Made by a program: the position numbers and the translations under genes. Below the pieces are notes generated by a model, which saw only the letters and a program-made list of their open reading frames with translations, was not told where the DNA came from and made no database searches. Below, in pieces: positions 19,548 to 27,661 of a stretch of DNA of 64,000 bases. Numbering within the stretch: the first letter of the stretch is position 1; each line of letters starts with the position of its first letter. Source of the stretch: a virus; the IMG/VR virus record IMGVR_UViG_3300025598_000021; one strand, written 5' to 3'.

Positions 19548-19623
19548 GCTGCTGTAGCTCAGCTGGCAGAGCAAGGCATTAGTAATGCCTAGGTCGGGAG
19601 TTCGAATCTCTCCAGCAGCACCA
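19548..19623 (+). tRNA. tRNA-Thr(AGT)
   Basis: GCTGCTG/CAGCAGC acceptor (G1-C72, C2-G71), anticodon arm AGGCA-TTAGTAA-TGCCT, anticodon AGT at 19581-19583, encoded CCA. Confidence 0.92.
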
Positions 19624-19641
19624 CTCCTCAAAGGATATATC

Positions 19642-19758
19642 ATGAATGAAGATCTTCTACGCAGGCAGGCAATATTTCGAATGGTCGTGTTCGTTCTTTT
19701 AATGATGACGATTGGTTTTATCGCCGGTGATTTAAACATGCTAGATGGTGGTAATTAA
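19642..19758 (+). CDS. Small membrane peptide
   Basis: MNEDLLRRQAIFRMVVFVLLMMTIGFIAGDLNMLDGGN; AAGGA RBS; stop overlaps next start. Confidence 0.45.
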   Translation: MNEDLLRRQAIFRMVVFVLLMMTIGFIAGDLNMLDGGN

Positions 19759-20549
19759 TGGCGCAGCTGCTGATGTGCAGTCCGGACCTATTTGGTGTGG
19801 ACTATGTGATTAACCCATGGATGGAAGATCAAATCGGAAACGTAAATTCTGATAAGGCCTTGTCACAGTGGACAGATCTATATAATGCACTCAGCAGGGT
19901 CGCCGTCGTTAGACTCATAGATCCGGTACCGGGTCTACCGGACATGGTGTTCACCGCCAACGCCGGTCTAGTAGTGAACAACAAGTTTTTTCTCTCTAGA
20001 TTTGCGCACAGCCAGAGACAGAAAGAAGAGAAGTATTTTAGAGAATGGTTCCTGAAGAACGGCTGGAACGTAATAGAGCAGGGCAAACACAACTTCGAGG
20101 GTGAGGGAGACTGTCTAAGAGACAAAGAATATCCTTATCAATATATCTCACACGGCTTCAGAACTCGTCAAGAGTTTCACGGCGTGCTTAGTTCTTTTGA
20201 TATAGACAACATGCCTCTAAAGCTAGTGGACCCGCGTTTCTATCATCTAGACACGTGTTTCTGCCCGCTGAATAACGGCGAAGTGCTGTATTATCCAGAA
20301 GCCTTCGATGAGAATAGCAGAAAATTTATCACGAATAACTTTGATACTGCTGTAGATGTCACTGAAGAAGAGGCATTGACTTTCTGCTGCAACGCGGTAG
20401 TAGTCGGTGAAAACATATTCATGCCTAAGTGTAAGCCTGTAGCAAATATACTAAGAAACACGCTGAACTATACCGTCCATGAGTTTGACATGTCAGAATT
20501 CATGAAGTCTGGCGGCGCATGTAAGTGCCTGGTACTGCATCTGGACTAA
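19758..20549 (+). CDS. Amidinotransferase/pentein hydrolase (arginine dihydrolase/DDAH-like)
   Basis: MCSPD..VDYVINPWM, LPDMVFTANAG, FEGEGD, FYHLDTCF, KSGGACKCL. Confidence 0.85.
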   Translation: MAQLLMCSPDLFGVDYVINPWMEDQIGNVNSDKALSQWTDLYNALSRVAVVRLIDPVPGLPDMVFTANAGLVVNNKFFLSRFAHSQRQKEEKYFREWFLKNGWNVIEQGKHNFEGEGDCLRDKEYPYQYISHGFRTRQEFHGVLSSFDIDNMPLKLVDPRFYHLDTCFCPLNNGEVLYYPEAFDENSRKFITNNFDTAVDVTEEEALTFCCNAVVVGENIFMPKCKPVANILRNTLNYTVHEFDMSEFMKSGGACKCLVLHLD

Positions 20550-20986
20550 TGATTACTTCCAAAGATAAGAAGCATATGGCCTTCGTAAGAAGACTAGCCA
20601 TAGATAACGTCGACTCGCAGACTAGAGCAAAACTCGCTGCGTGCATAGTCGTTCGTAACGATATAATATCTATTGGCCAGAATTCTTATAAGTCTCACCC
20701 ACTCCAGAAGAGATTCTCAAAGCACATAGAGTCTATATTTAAGCACGCGGAGGTAGACTGTATTATCAACGCTCTTAGACATGTCGATGCCGATAAGTTG
20801 TGTAAAGCTACTCTTTACGTTTATAGAGTTAAAAGACGTTCAAAAGACTCGATTGACTGGGTAGATGGTTACTCTGAGCCGTGTCCCGGCTGTAAGCAGG
20901 CCATAAGTCATTTTAAAATTAAAAAAGTAATATTTTCTACCGACGAGGATAGAAAATTTATTAGTATAAATAGCATATCCACGTGA
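20549..20986 (+). CDS. Zn-dependent nucleotide/nucleic-acid deaminase (CDA/TadA superfamily)
   Basis: HAE and PCPGC motifs; lacks the dCMP-deaminase SKDP/GYNG segment. Confidence 0.8.
   Translation: MITSKDKKHMAFVRRLAIDNVDSQTRAKLAACIVVRNDIISIGQNSYKSHPLQKRFSKHIESIFKHAEVDCIINALRHVDADKLCKATLYVYRVKRRSKDSIDWVDGYSEPCPGCKQAISHFKIKKVIFSTDEDRKFISINSIST
20965..20972 (+). promoter_or_regulatory. T4-type late promoter TATAAATA
   Basis: Exact consensus upstream of 21017. Confidence 0.7.
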
Positions 20987-21016
20987 AGTGGTTTTATCAT
21001 CTAAGGAGATAATATT

Positions 21017-21250
21017 ATGTTAAATGGTTATAAGACATATATTGTTGCCACACTAATCGCAGTTTTTGGTGTTCTTGCACAGTATGACTGGAATGGTTTT
21101 CTTAACGATCCAAAAGCCGGTTGGGTAGCTCTTGCGTCTGCCGTGATCATGGCAATCATGAGATCGATCACTCAGATCACCACTGTCAAAGAAGCGTTAT
21201 ATACCGACCCACCAAAGCCAAATCCAAAACCAGTTATAAAAAAGAAATAA
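21017..21250 (+). CDS. Small two-TM membrane protein (holin-like)
   Basis: GYKTYIVA start, two hydrophobic helices, basic tail, late promoter. Confidence 0.55.
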   Translation: MLNGYKTYIVATLIAVFGVLAQYDWNGFLNDPKAGWVALASAVIMAIMRSITQITTVKEALYTDPPKPNPKPVIKKK

Positions 21251-21604
21251 ATGACCCAATATATTGTAAACAATCTATCGGAGCATAAAGGTGCTCTTCA
21301 TATTCCATCTGGCTCAGTAACAATGAGCCAGATCATTCAGGCGTTAGAACTTGTAAAAGATATTGATTGGTCTAGTTTAGTAAAAATAATCGAAAATAAA
21401 GACGAACAGCTGGCTGTATTAACTACGGCAGAAGATGTAGCGAAGATTATCGCTCCATTTGTACCACAAGCCGCTTTAGCGGTTGGTGTTATAGAATTTC
21501 TAATATTTTTATCTAAACACACGCATCCCGCTCAACCATACGATGTTCCTGGATATCATTGGGATATGCTATATGGTTGGGTTCCAAATAATCAAGGAGA
21601 ATGA
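21251..21604 (+). CDS. Hypothetical protein
   Basis: ORF abutting neighbours. Confidence 0.55.
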   Translation: MTQYIVNNLSEHKGALHIPSGSVTMSQIIQALELVKDIDWSSLVKIIENKDEQLAVLTTAEDVAKIIAPFVPQAALAVGVIEFLIFLSKHTHPAQPYDVPGYHWDMLYGWVPNNQGE

Positions 21605-21606
21605 GA

Positions 21607-21950
21607 TGAGAAAATATATTGCACTACTAACAGCAGGTGCTTTAGGACTGGCAGTTGCTGGTTGTAATGCGCCCTCAACCGGCACAGTCATATCAACGAC
21701 CACAACTGTCGTTAATGACGTCGCCGCTGTCACAAAGACTGCTTGTGGATTTGTTCCTGCTGCAACTACGATCGCTCAAGTTCTAAATGCATCTTCAACA
21801 GTTCTAACTGCAGCTCAAATTGCACAGATAATCTGCCAGGCTGTTAATGCCACTCCAACTACCACGAAAGCAGCAAGTAAAGCAATTAGTCCTATTCTAC
21901 TAGAAGTAGATGGTAGAGTTGTTGTCGTGAATGGTTATTTCACAAAATAA
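21607..21950 (+). CDS. Putative lipoprotein
   Basis: MRKYIALLTAGALGLAVAGC lipobox. Confidence 0.7.
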
Positions 21951-21956
21951 TTTTTA

Positions 21957-21964
21957 TATAAATA
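21957..21964 (+). promoter_or_regulatory. T4-type late promoter TATAAATA
   Basis: Exact consensus. Confidence 0.55.
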
Positions 21965-21975
21965 GTATTAACAAG

Positions 21976-22018
21976 GCCGACTCCTCTGATCAAAAGATCA
22001 AGAGTCGGTTTTCTTTTT
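21976..22018 (+). terminator. Hairpin plus T-rich tract, probable terminator
   Basis: GCCGACTC..TGATC-AAAA-GATCA..GAGTCGGT then TTTCTTTTT. Confidence 0.7.
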
Positions 22019-22019
22019 G

Positions 22020-22027
22020 TATAAATA
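22020..22027 (+). promoter_or_regulatory. T4-type late promoter TATAAATA
   Basis: Exact consensus upstream of 22096. Confidence 0.65.
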
Positions 22028-22095
22028 GTAGGCAGCGTGCGCCTTAAACTTGTCTCTGTTGAATAGATTATGCTCATTCAACAGAGAAAGGGAAG

Positions 22096-22812
22096 ATGAA
22101 AACTAAGATAAGCCATTTCTTCGGCAATCAAGAAGATCTAGACTTACAGATTATCAAACTATCGCTTGACCTAGAAACATCAAAAGAATCAGAAGCCCTT
22201 GATAAAGGCTGGCTGGTGTATGATAATGTATGGTATACTTGCAGATCGTCTAGAATAAATGTCGATGAATATATAAATCAGATTAATTCTTCTAGTTCAA
22301 AGAAGAAAGTAAAGAATTACTCTTTTGAATATAAAGATAAGTTTATAATAGATGATTCTGTTCTAAAAGTATATAATAGGTTTTTAGAGATTAAGAAGTT
22401 TAAAAAGTTCTATCCATTAGAAACAGATATGGAAAGAAGTTCTGGGGTATTCGTATATAATAAAGATAAAGAACTAGTGGCATACACCAAGATGGTAAAG
22501 TATGACGGTGGTATCGAGAGTCAATTTACTGTATGGGATTATTCTGAGCCAAAAGCTTCTATAGGCAAATATCTAGTAGACTATGAGATAGAAGCAACTA
22601 GAGCGCTTGGGCATAAATATCTTTATATCGGGCCGGTATATGGAATGAACTCTATCTATAAAATGAACTTTAGCGGGTTCGAATGGTGGGATGGAGAGAA
22701 CTGGTCAAAAGATGAGCATGAGTTGTTTAGTATTTTAGAAAGAGATTCTAACATTAATACATTAGAAGAGTTGAGTAATGCATTCATTCAAGATTCACAA
22801 GTATGTAAATGA
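22096..22812 (+). CDS. Aminoacyl-tRNA-protein transferase-like (ATE1/Bpt family)
   Basis: ALDKGW..CRSSRI N-part; SIGKYLVDYEIEATRALGHKYLYIG..YKMNF..FEWW C-part matches the ATE_C pattern. Confidence 0.65.
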   Translation: MKTKISHFFGNQEDLDLQIIKLSLDLETSKESEALDKGWLVYDNVWYTCRSSRINVDEYINQINSSSSKKKVKNYSFEYKDKFIIDDSVLKVYNRFLEIKKFKKFYPLETDMERSSGVFVYNKDKELVAYTKMVKYDGGIESQFTVWDYSEPKASIGKYLVDYEIEATRALGHKYLYIGPVYGMNSIYKMNFSGFEWWDGENWSKDEHELFSILERDSNINTLEELSNAFIQDSQVCK

Positions 22813-23236
22813 TCCTAAGTTCAAGCAGCGTATGGCAGAAAAAGTCAACATAGATAGAAATCATGACGTGCCATACGTTGCTGGTTATTCAAAGGATGGT
22901 AAGACTATCTTCGTGGATCGTCATCTATTAAAGATGAAAGACGAGCATGATATTGAGCCTTATCTCTTAGTTCATGAGAAGACAGAGAAAGCGCTTATAG
23001 ATCTATTTGGATTAGACTATCAGCACGCCCATCATATAGCTATGGAGCAGGAAAAAGAAGCTGTAGCTAAAGGTGGGCTGGAGTGGAGTGCGTACGAGAA
23101 GCACTATAATAAGTTCATAAAGGGATGTTCACACGAGAAACTTCAAAAGGTGTCATCCAGTCTTGACATGACACCTTATAAAGATGAGAAAGACTTTAAT
23201 CTTCTCAGAGATATGGAAAAGCACGAAGTTAAGTAG
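22778..23236 (+). CDS. Hypothetical protein, possible metal-binding (LVHEKTE..HAHH)
   Basis: Last + strand ORF before the strand switch. Confidence 0.55.
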   Translation: MHSFKIHKYVNDPKFKQRMAEKVNIDRNHDVPYVAGYSKDGKTIFVDRHLLKMKDEHDIEPYLLVHEKTEKALIDLFGLDYQHAHHIAMEQEKEAVAKGGLEWSAYEKHYNKFIKGCSHEKLQKVSSSLDMTPYKDEKDFNLLRDMEKHEVK

Positions 23237-23888
23237 TAAATATTTCTATTACTCTTGCGACATAATCAGATCTATTTTTAACAAACAGCTGTGGTTCTTC
23301 ATGATCTACAGCTATCATTATTGCTATCTGTGGAATCGCAATCTTATACATCCATTCGAACATCATAGAATAGACGGTAGTCTGGAGAAAGTAGGACTCG
23401 ATCCACTCTTCTTTCTTTAGTTTGCGAGACGTCTTAAAGTCTATAACTGAAGGCACCCCGTCGAACTCTGCGATGAGATCGCACCTTCCCGCCGTCTTCA
23501 ACACTTTAGAATACAGCGGTAGTTCTATACCGAGAAGGTTATCAACATGCTTATCAAGAAGATGTTTAATAGAATGGAAAGCGTCCACACCAGAAGGCAT
23601 TCCTCCCTTGATATAATCTTCTTCATTGAGTACGTATCTCTCAGCCATGGAGTGGACTGAGGTACCACGTCTAGCCGCTTGTGTGGAAATCTTATTAGCT
23701 TGCTCTTCTCCAACTCTCTTCCTCCATTCTAAAAGACCAGTCTTATCGAGCTTTTCACCTAAAACTGTAGTCACCGAACGAAATTTACTTCCGTCCGGTA
23801 ACACATAGAATCTTCCATTATCAGTGTTCTCTGTAGTTAGACTTACTTCAGGAACTAAGTTATGCTTGAATATCTTTCTGGTACCCAT
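23229..23888 (-). CDS. PD-(D/E)xK exonuclease (Cas4/RecB-like)
   Basis: SVTTVL..WRKRVG..RGTSVH..AGRCD..IDFKTS..YFLQ. Confidence 0.85.
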   Translation of the reverse strand: MGTRKIFKHNLVPEVSLTTENTDNGRFYVLPDGSKFRSVTTVLGEKLDKTGLLEWRKRVGEEQANKISTQAARRGTSVHSMAERYVLNEEDYIKGGMPSGVDAFHSIKHLLDKHVDNLLGIELPLYSKVLKTAGRCDLIAEFDGVPSVIDFKTSRKLKKEEWIESYFLQTTVYSMMFEWMYKIAIPQIAIMIAVDHEEPQLFVKNRSDYVARVIEIFTT

Positions 23889-24510
23889 TAATCACCGTAT
23901 ATTTCGCATCCATTCTAGCAGTGGTAATATAATTACCCGGTCTGCTTGGAGATGGTGCTACCCACTGAAGAGCAATAGGACCAATTCCTTTTGCCAAATA
24001 ATATCTTGCGCCGGTCGTAGTCTTACCCCAAGATTGTTGATAGACTATAGTAAGAATGTCTAGGTATTTATCGCCGTTGCTCAGAGTGAGCTCAGGCAGC
24101 CAGGACTCCCATATCACCGTCTGCGTCCCAGTCTGAAAGGCCGGAGGATTACACGACAGCGGATCCATCTTAGGGCGATTCTGATAGAAGTTTCCTATAG
24201 TCGCCCACTCACCCCAACCTATAGGTGGGTTCATCACGACCTTTTTGCGGCCGCCAAATAGTCCACCCTTAGGATAATCGTCTCTCCATTCCATTATACC
24301 CTGTCCTGGAGTATATCTCATATACCAAGTATCCTGCCACTGCATGACAGAATTGTACTCTACATACAGCATGTCTTTCTTATCATCTGATAATAAGAAG
24401 TATGCAACGATGTCGGACATTGATCCATCAACCGCTTTATATGTGAAAGTGCTGATCTTTCCATATTCGGGTGACGGCCAATAAGATGGAACAAAGTACG
24501 TGTTACTCAT
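23860..24510 (-). CDS. Hypothetical protein
   Basis: 216 aa ORF, Trp-rich, YYLAKGIGPI motif. Confidence 0.6.
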   Translation of the reverse strand: MSNTYFVPSYWPSPEYGKISTFTYKAVDGSMSDIVAYFLLSDDKKDMLYVEYNSVMQWQDTWYMRYTPGQGIMEWRDDYPKGGLFGGRKKVVMNPPIGWGEWATIGNFYQNRPKMDPLSCNPPAFQTGTQTVIWESWLPELTLSNGDKYLDILTIVYQQSWGKTTTGARYYLAKGIGPIALQWVAPSPSRPGNYITTARMDAKYTVINGYQKDIQA

Positions 24511-25271
24511 GTTATGATCTTCATCTTATCTTTAAGAATGATGTACTCTTTAACAAGAGCAGATCTGACAATGTCATCTGCATCAAAATCTATTAACTCA
24601 AAAGATCTCATTCTCTTTACCACGTGCATGAAGTCTGTTAGACCATTCTTCTCATGCTCTCTAGTAAAGTCAGTCTGTCTAAAGTCGCCACAGAATATAA
24701 TCTTACAGTTATGGCCAATACGCGTGATGACAGAGTCTAACTCGTGTAGTGTGGCGTTCTGCATCTCATCGACAATGACTATACAGTCATTCAGCGTAAT
24801 ACCTCTGATGAACGAGGTAGATATAAACTCAATTAAACCCTTACTCTTTAAATACTCATAAGAGTCTCCGCGGCCAAACAACTCAGTACATATAGCATAG
24901 TATGGGGCTTCATACACTTTGGTCTTCTCTTTAGTATTACCTGGAAGAAAACCCATGTCTCTAGTTGGAACAACAGTACGAACTATAACTATCTTTTTAT
25001 AGAGTTCAGAACCGCTTAATATCTGTTTAAGAGAAAGGTACATAGATAAGAAAGATTTACCGGTACCAGCAATCCCATGTAGCATGAGATTCTTTTCGTC
25101 TTCAAACGCGTTAAACGTCAATCTTTGATTGTCAGTTAGCGGTTCTATGTTTTTAAGTCTATAGTTTAACTTTTCTTGATAGTTGTCTTTTTGTTGATGA
25201 TGATCGTTTCCTTGTCTAAGAAGTCTCTTTTCCCTGCGCGTTAATCTTCTTGTTCTTGGTTCGTCTTCCAT
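24507..25271 (-). CDS. phoH: PhoH family ATPase
   Basis: GIAGTGKS, MGFLPG, FIRGITL, VDEMQN, GDFRQTD. Confidence 0.95.
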   Translation of the reverse strand: MEDEPRTRRLTRREKRLLRQGNDHHQQKDNYQEKLNYRLKNIEPLTDNQRLTFNAFEDEKNLMLHGIAGTGKSFLSMYLSLKQILSGSELYKKIVIVRTVVPTRDMGFLPGNTKEKTKVYEAPYYAICTELFGRGDSYEYLKSKGLIEFISTSFIRGITLNDCIVIVDEMQNATLHELDSVITRIGHNCKIIFCGDFRQTDFTREHEKNGLTDFMHVVKRMRSFELIDFDADDIVRSALVKEYIILKDKMKIIT

Positions 25272-25282
25272 TACTGCCCTTA

Positions 25283-25525
25283 CTAAAACGTATTCACGGT
25301 GCTCCTTGTAAAACCTTTAGAATGCTCTTTCTTAATATTTTTAAGCAAGTCACGGAAACCCGCGTCGGGTTTTGCCATACCTCTGCCAGAAGAGATCAAA
25401 GGAGCTCCGTTTACTAGTTGAGTGACATTTGGATTTTCATCCAAATACGTATCAAGTGCGGAGATCGACATGAACTCCTCATACTCTTCACCGGTGTCAT
25501 TGTTTAGAAACTTGTAAGTAGGCAT
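25283..25525 (-). CDS. FmdB-like small protein (Cys-less)
   Basis: MPTYKF..TGEEYEEFMSIS. Confidence 0.6.
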   Translation of the reverse strand: MPTYKFLNNDTGEEYEEFMSISALDTYLDENPNVTQLVNGAPLISSGRGMAKPDAGFRDLLKNIKKEHSKGFTRSTVNTF

Positions 25526-25753
25526 TTAAACGCTCGTCGAGTCTAGATATGGTTTCTTTATAGAAGTCGCGTCGAGCGGCTTCTTCTTAGCCATGTGAGA
25601 ATTCTTTCCCATCGTGCCAACGACCATAGGTGCGCCGTTGATGAGAACTTGAACGTGAGGGTACTTCTCGATCTTTGCTTCCATCTCAGAGATCGTCATG
25701 AACTCTTCCCACTCTTCTTGTGTCTGTGTGTTAAGTAGTCTGTAAATAGGCAT
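25526..25753 (-). CDS. FmdB-like small protein, tandem paralog
   Basis: MPIYRL..TQEEWEEFMTIS..NGAP, similar to 25283. Confidence 0.6.
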   Translation of the reverse strand: MPIYRLLNTQTQEEWEEFMTISEMEAKIEKYPHVQVLINGAPMVVGTMGKNSHMAKKKPLDATSIKKPYLDSTSV

Positions 25754-25953
25754 TACTTTTCAAACCAATCTTTGTCGTATTCTTCGTTGTAATCGTCTTC
25801 AGCTTCTAGAAGCTCATCGATGTTCTTAGTGCGAAGAGCGTGCTCTACTCTTTTTTCTTTTCTCTTTACGAGATACGCACTCGTCGAATGATTAAACTCT
25901 TCATTCTCGCTGAAGTCATTCTTTCTAAATTTCTTCAAAGTCGATTTACTCAT
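25753..25953 (-). CDS. Hypothetical protein
   Basis: Overlapping operon ORF. Confidence 0.55.
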   Translation of the reverse strand: MSKSTLKKFRKNDFSENEEFNHSTSAYLVKRKEKRVEHALRTKNIDELLEAEDDYNEEYDKDWFEK

Positions 25954-26362
25954 TGATTAACCCCGGTAGTCCTTCTTTTACATGTTGAAGTGTGATACCG
26001 TTGAACGGCATCTTCTTGTCTTTAATAGCACATAATAGTTTTGCGTCGTTTGGATCTACTCTCTCAAGTAGCTCGATAAACATAGTCTCACGCTTGTTCT
26101 GGTTGAGCGTGTCATGAAAGCCTTTAATATAGTAGCGAAGTTTTTCACACTCTTTGATTAGAACGTGTTGCTGGTCTACGAGGTCGTTTGGCTTGTATGG
26201 AGGCTCACCGGGAGGAAGAAGCCACTCGACACTTGGATCGAACGCGCCCTGTAGAATAATACGTAAGGGTAAACTATCATTGTGTTTAATCGCGTCGATC
26301 TTCTCTTGTGTTCTTTTTAATTTTGACACTTTCTCGAGAAATTCATATAGACTAATTACCAT
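25946..26362 (-). CDS. Conserved T4-like hypothetical protein
   Basis: FDPSVEWLLPPGEPPY..KRETMFIELLE; usual neighbour of rnh. Confidence 0.65.
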   Translation of the reverse strand: MVISLYEFLEKVSKLKRTQEKIDAIKHNDSLPLRIILQGAFDPSVEWLLPPGEPPYKPNDLVDQQHVLIKECEKLRYYIKGFHDTLNQNKRETMFIELLERVDPNDAKLLCAIKDKKMPFNGITLQHVKEGLPGLINE

Positions 26363-26372
26363 CTAACTCTCC

Positions 26373-27233
26373 TTAAAATTCACTGATGTATTCAGCTAGG
26401 TTCTTTAGCTTGTTGACTATAAAATAATTCATTAGTTTTGAGCGATCTTTACCGACCTGCTCATTGTACTGATTCAATACTTTTTCTTTGATTTCGTTTG
26501 GGATGTAACTTAGATCGATAAGTTGTCTATTACGACAGAAGTTGCGATATGTTTTCTCGTCGTAGTCTTTTCCCGGAATACTATTTAATAGCTGCTCCAT
26601 CTTTTTAGCGGTCATTGGTTTCTGCCTCGTACCGACGACAAAACAGTTATCGTCTGAGAGTACGTTTGGAACACCATCGCCAGCATCACCCTTCATGATA
26701 TGCTCACTTAAGAACCTATCCGGATCATTATGGCTAATGACTTTCTTTCTGACTGGATCATATTGACTAACATTAGCAAACTTATGAAGCTGTATAAAAT
26801 CTTTATCTCCTGATAGGATGAGGATCTTCATACCGGTATTTATATTCTGACCAAATTCAGCCACGAGAGTGCCAATAATGTCGTCAGCCTCAGCAGACTC
26901 AACGTCTATTACCCTATAAGGAAAGAACTCTTTGAGCTCAGCCCTGATCTTGTTCATGCACTCGAAGATATCTTTCCAGTTTAATTCTGACTCGGCTATG
27001 GCTTTCTTACGGTTAGCCTTGTAGTATGGAAACAGCTGCTTGCGCCAGTAGTTGGTGTTGTCACACGCTATTACCAGTTCTCCATACTCTGCTGAGAACT
27101 TCTGCTTATACGAGCGTATGGAGTTTAGTACCATATGTCTAACCATCGCCTCTTCCACGTGGGCATTTAGATGGTTACCAAGCTGAACCATAAGATTGGA
27201 CAGCATCACCTGATTCAAATCGACGATAATCAC
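26373..27233 (-). CDS. rnh: T4 RNase H (5'-3' exonuclease)
   Basis: YWRK..FPYYKANRK, EADDIIG, SGDKDFIQL, GDAGDGVPN. Confidence 0.95.
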   Translation of the reverse strand: MIIVDLNQVMLSNLMVQLGNHLNAHVEEAMVRHMVLNSIRSYKQKFSAEYGELVIACDNTNYWRKQLFPYYKANRKKAIAESELNWKDIFECMNKIRAELKEFFPYRVIDVESAEADDIIGTLVAEFGQNINTGMKILILSGDKDFIQLHKFANVSQYDPVRKKVISHNDPDRFLSEHIMKGDAGDGVPNVLSDDNCFVVGTRQKPMTAKKMEQLLNSIPGKDYDEKTYRNFCRNRQLIDLSYIPNEIKEKVLNQYNEQVGKDRSKLMNYFIVNKLKNLAEYISEF

Positions 27234-27234
27234 T

Positions 27235-27615
27235 TTATTCCTCGCTTTTGTGTTCTTTCAGATCTATAGTTATACTATCTGCTATCTTAAGAGCACCCTC
27301 TTCATCCGCATCGTCTAAGAATATATTTTCAGTTATTTTCTGAAACGGATGATATATATCATAGTGTTTACACAACATCGATCGTAGAGCCTCTACGAAG
27401 AAAGCCCCGTCCTTGATATCTGTCTCTAGATCTTCTTCGTCTGGATAAAACCCAGCGATGTCCAGATGAGTAAAGATAATTGGAATGATGGTGGCGATGG
27501 TCTCTTGAATGTGATAGAGATTCATCTGCTCGACGTTGTGGTCGATCTCATCTATAGAGATCATCCTACTTAGATTCTTATTTTCTTTTGGAAAGAGGAT
27601 TACATTGTTGCTCAT
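27235..27615 (-). CDS. Hypothetical protein
   Basis: MSNNVILFP start; own promoter. Confidence 0.6.
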   Translation of the reverse strand: MSNNVILFPKENKNLSRMISIDEIDHNVEQMNLYHIQETIATIIPIIFTHLDIAGFYPDEEDLETDIKDGAFFVEALRSMLCKHYDIYHPFQKITENIFLDDADEEGALKIADSITIDLKEHKSEE

Positions 27616-27621
27616 GATTAT

Positions 27622-27661
27622 ATTATACCATATTTTCCATTAATTGTAAATTATATTTATA
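27622..27661 (-). promoter_or_regulatory. Tandem late (TATAAATA) and sigma70-type (TTTACA-17-TATAAT) promoters
   Basis: Both consensus elements seen on the minus strand. Confidence 0.6.

Noticed and set aside
19482-19739. Minus-strand ORF containing GAAGEIRTPDLGITNALL
   Set aside because: Typical translation artefact of the antisense strand of a tRNA gene
23229-23888. Cas4-like gene as evidence of CRISPR-Cas
   Set aside because: No repeat-spacer array or other cas genes seen; this exonuclease is common in T4-like phages
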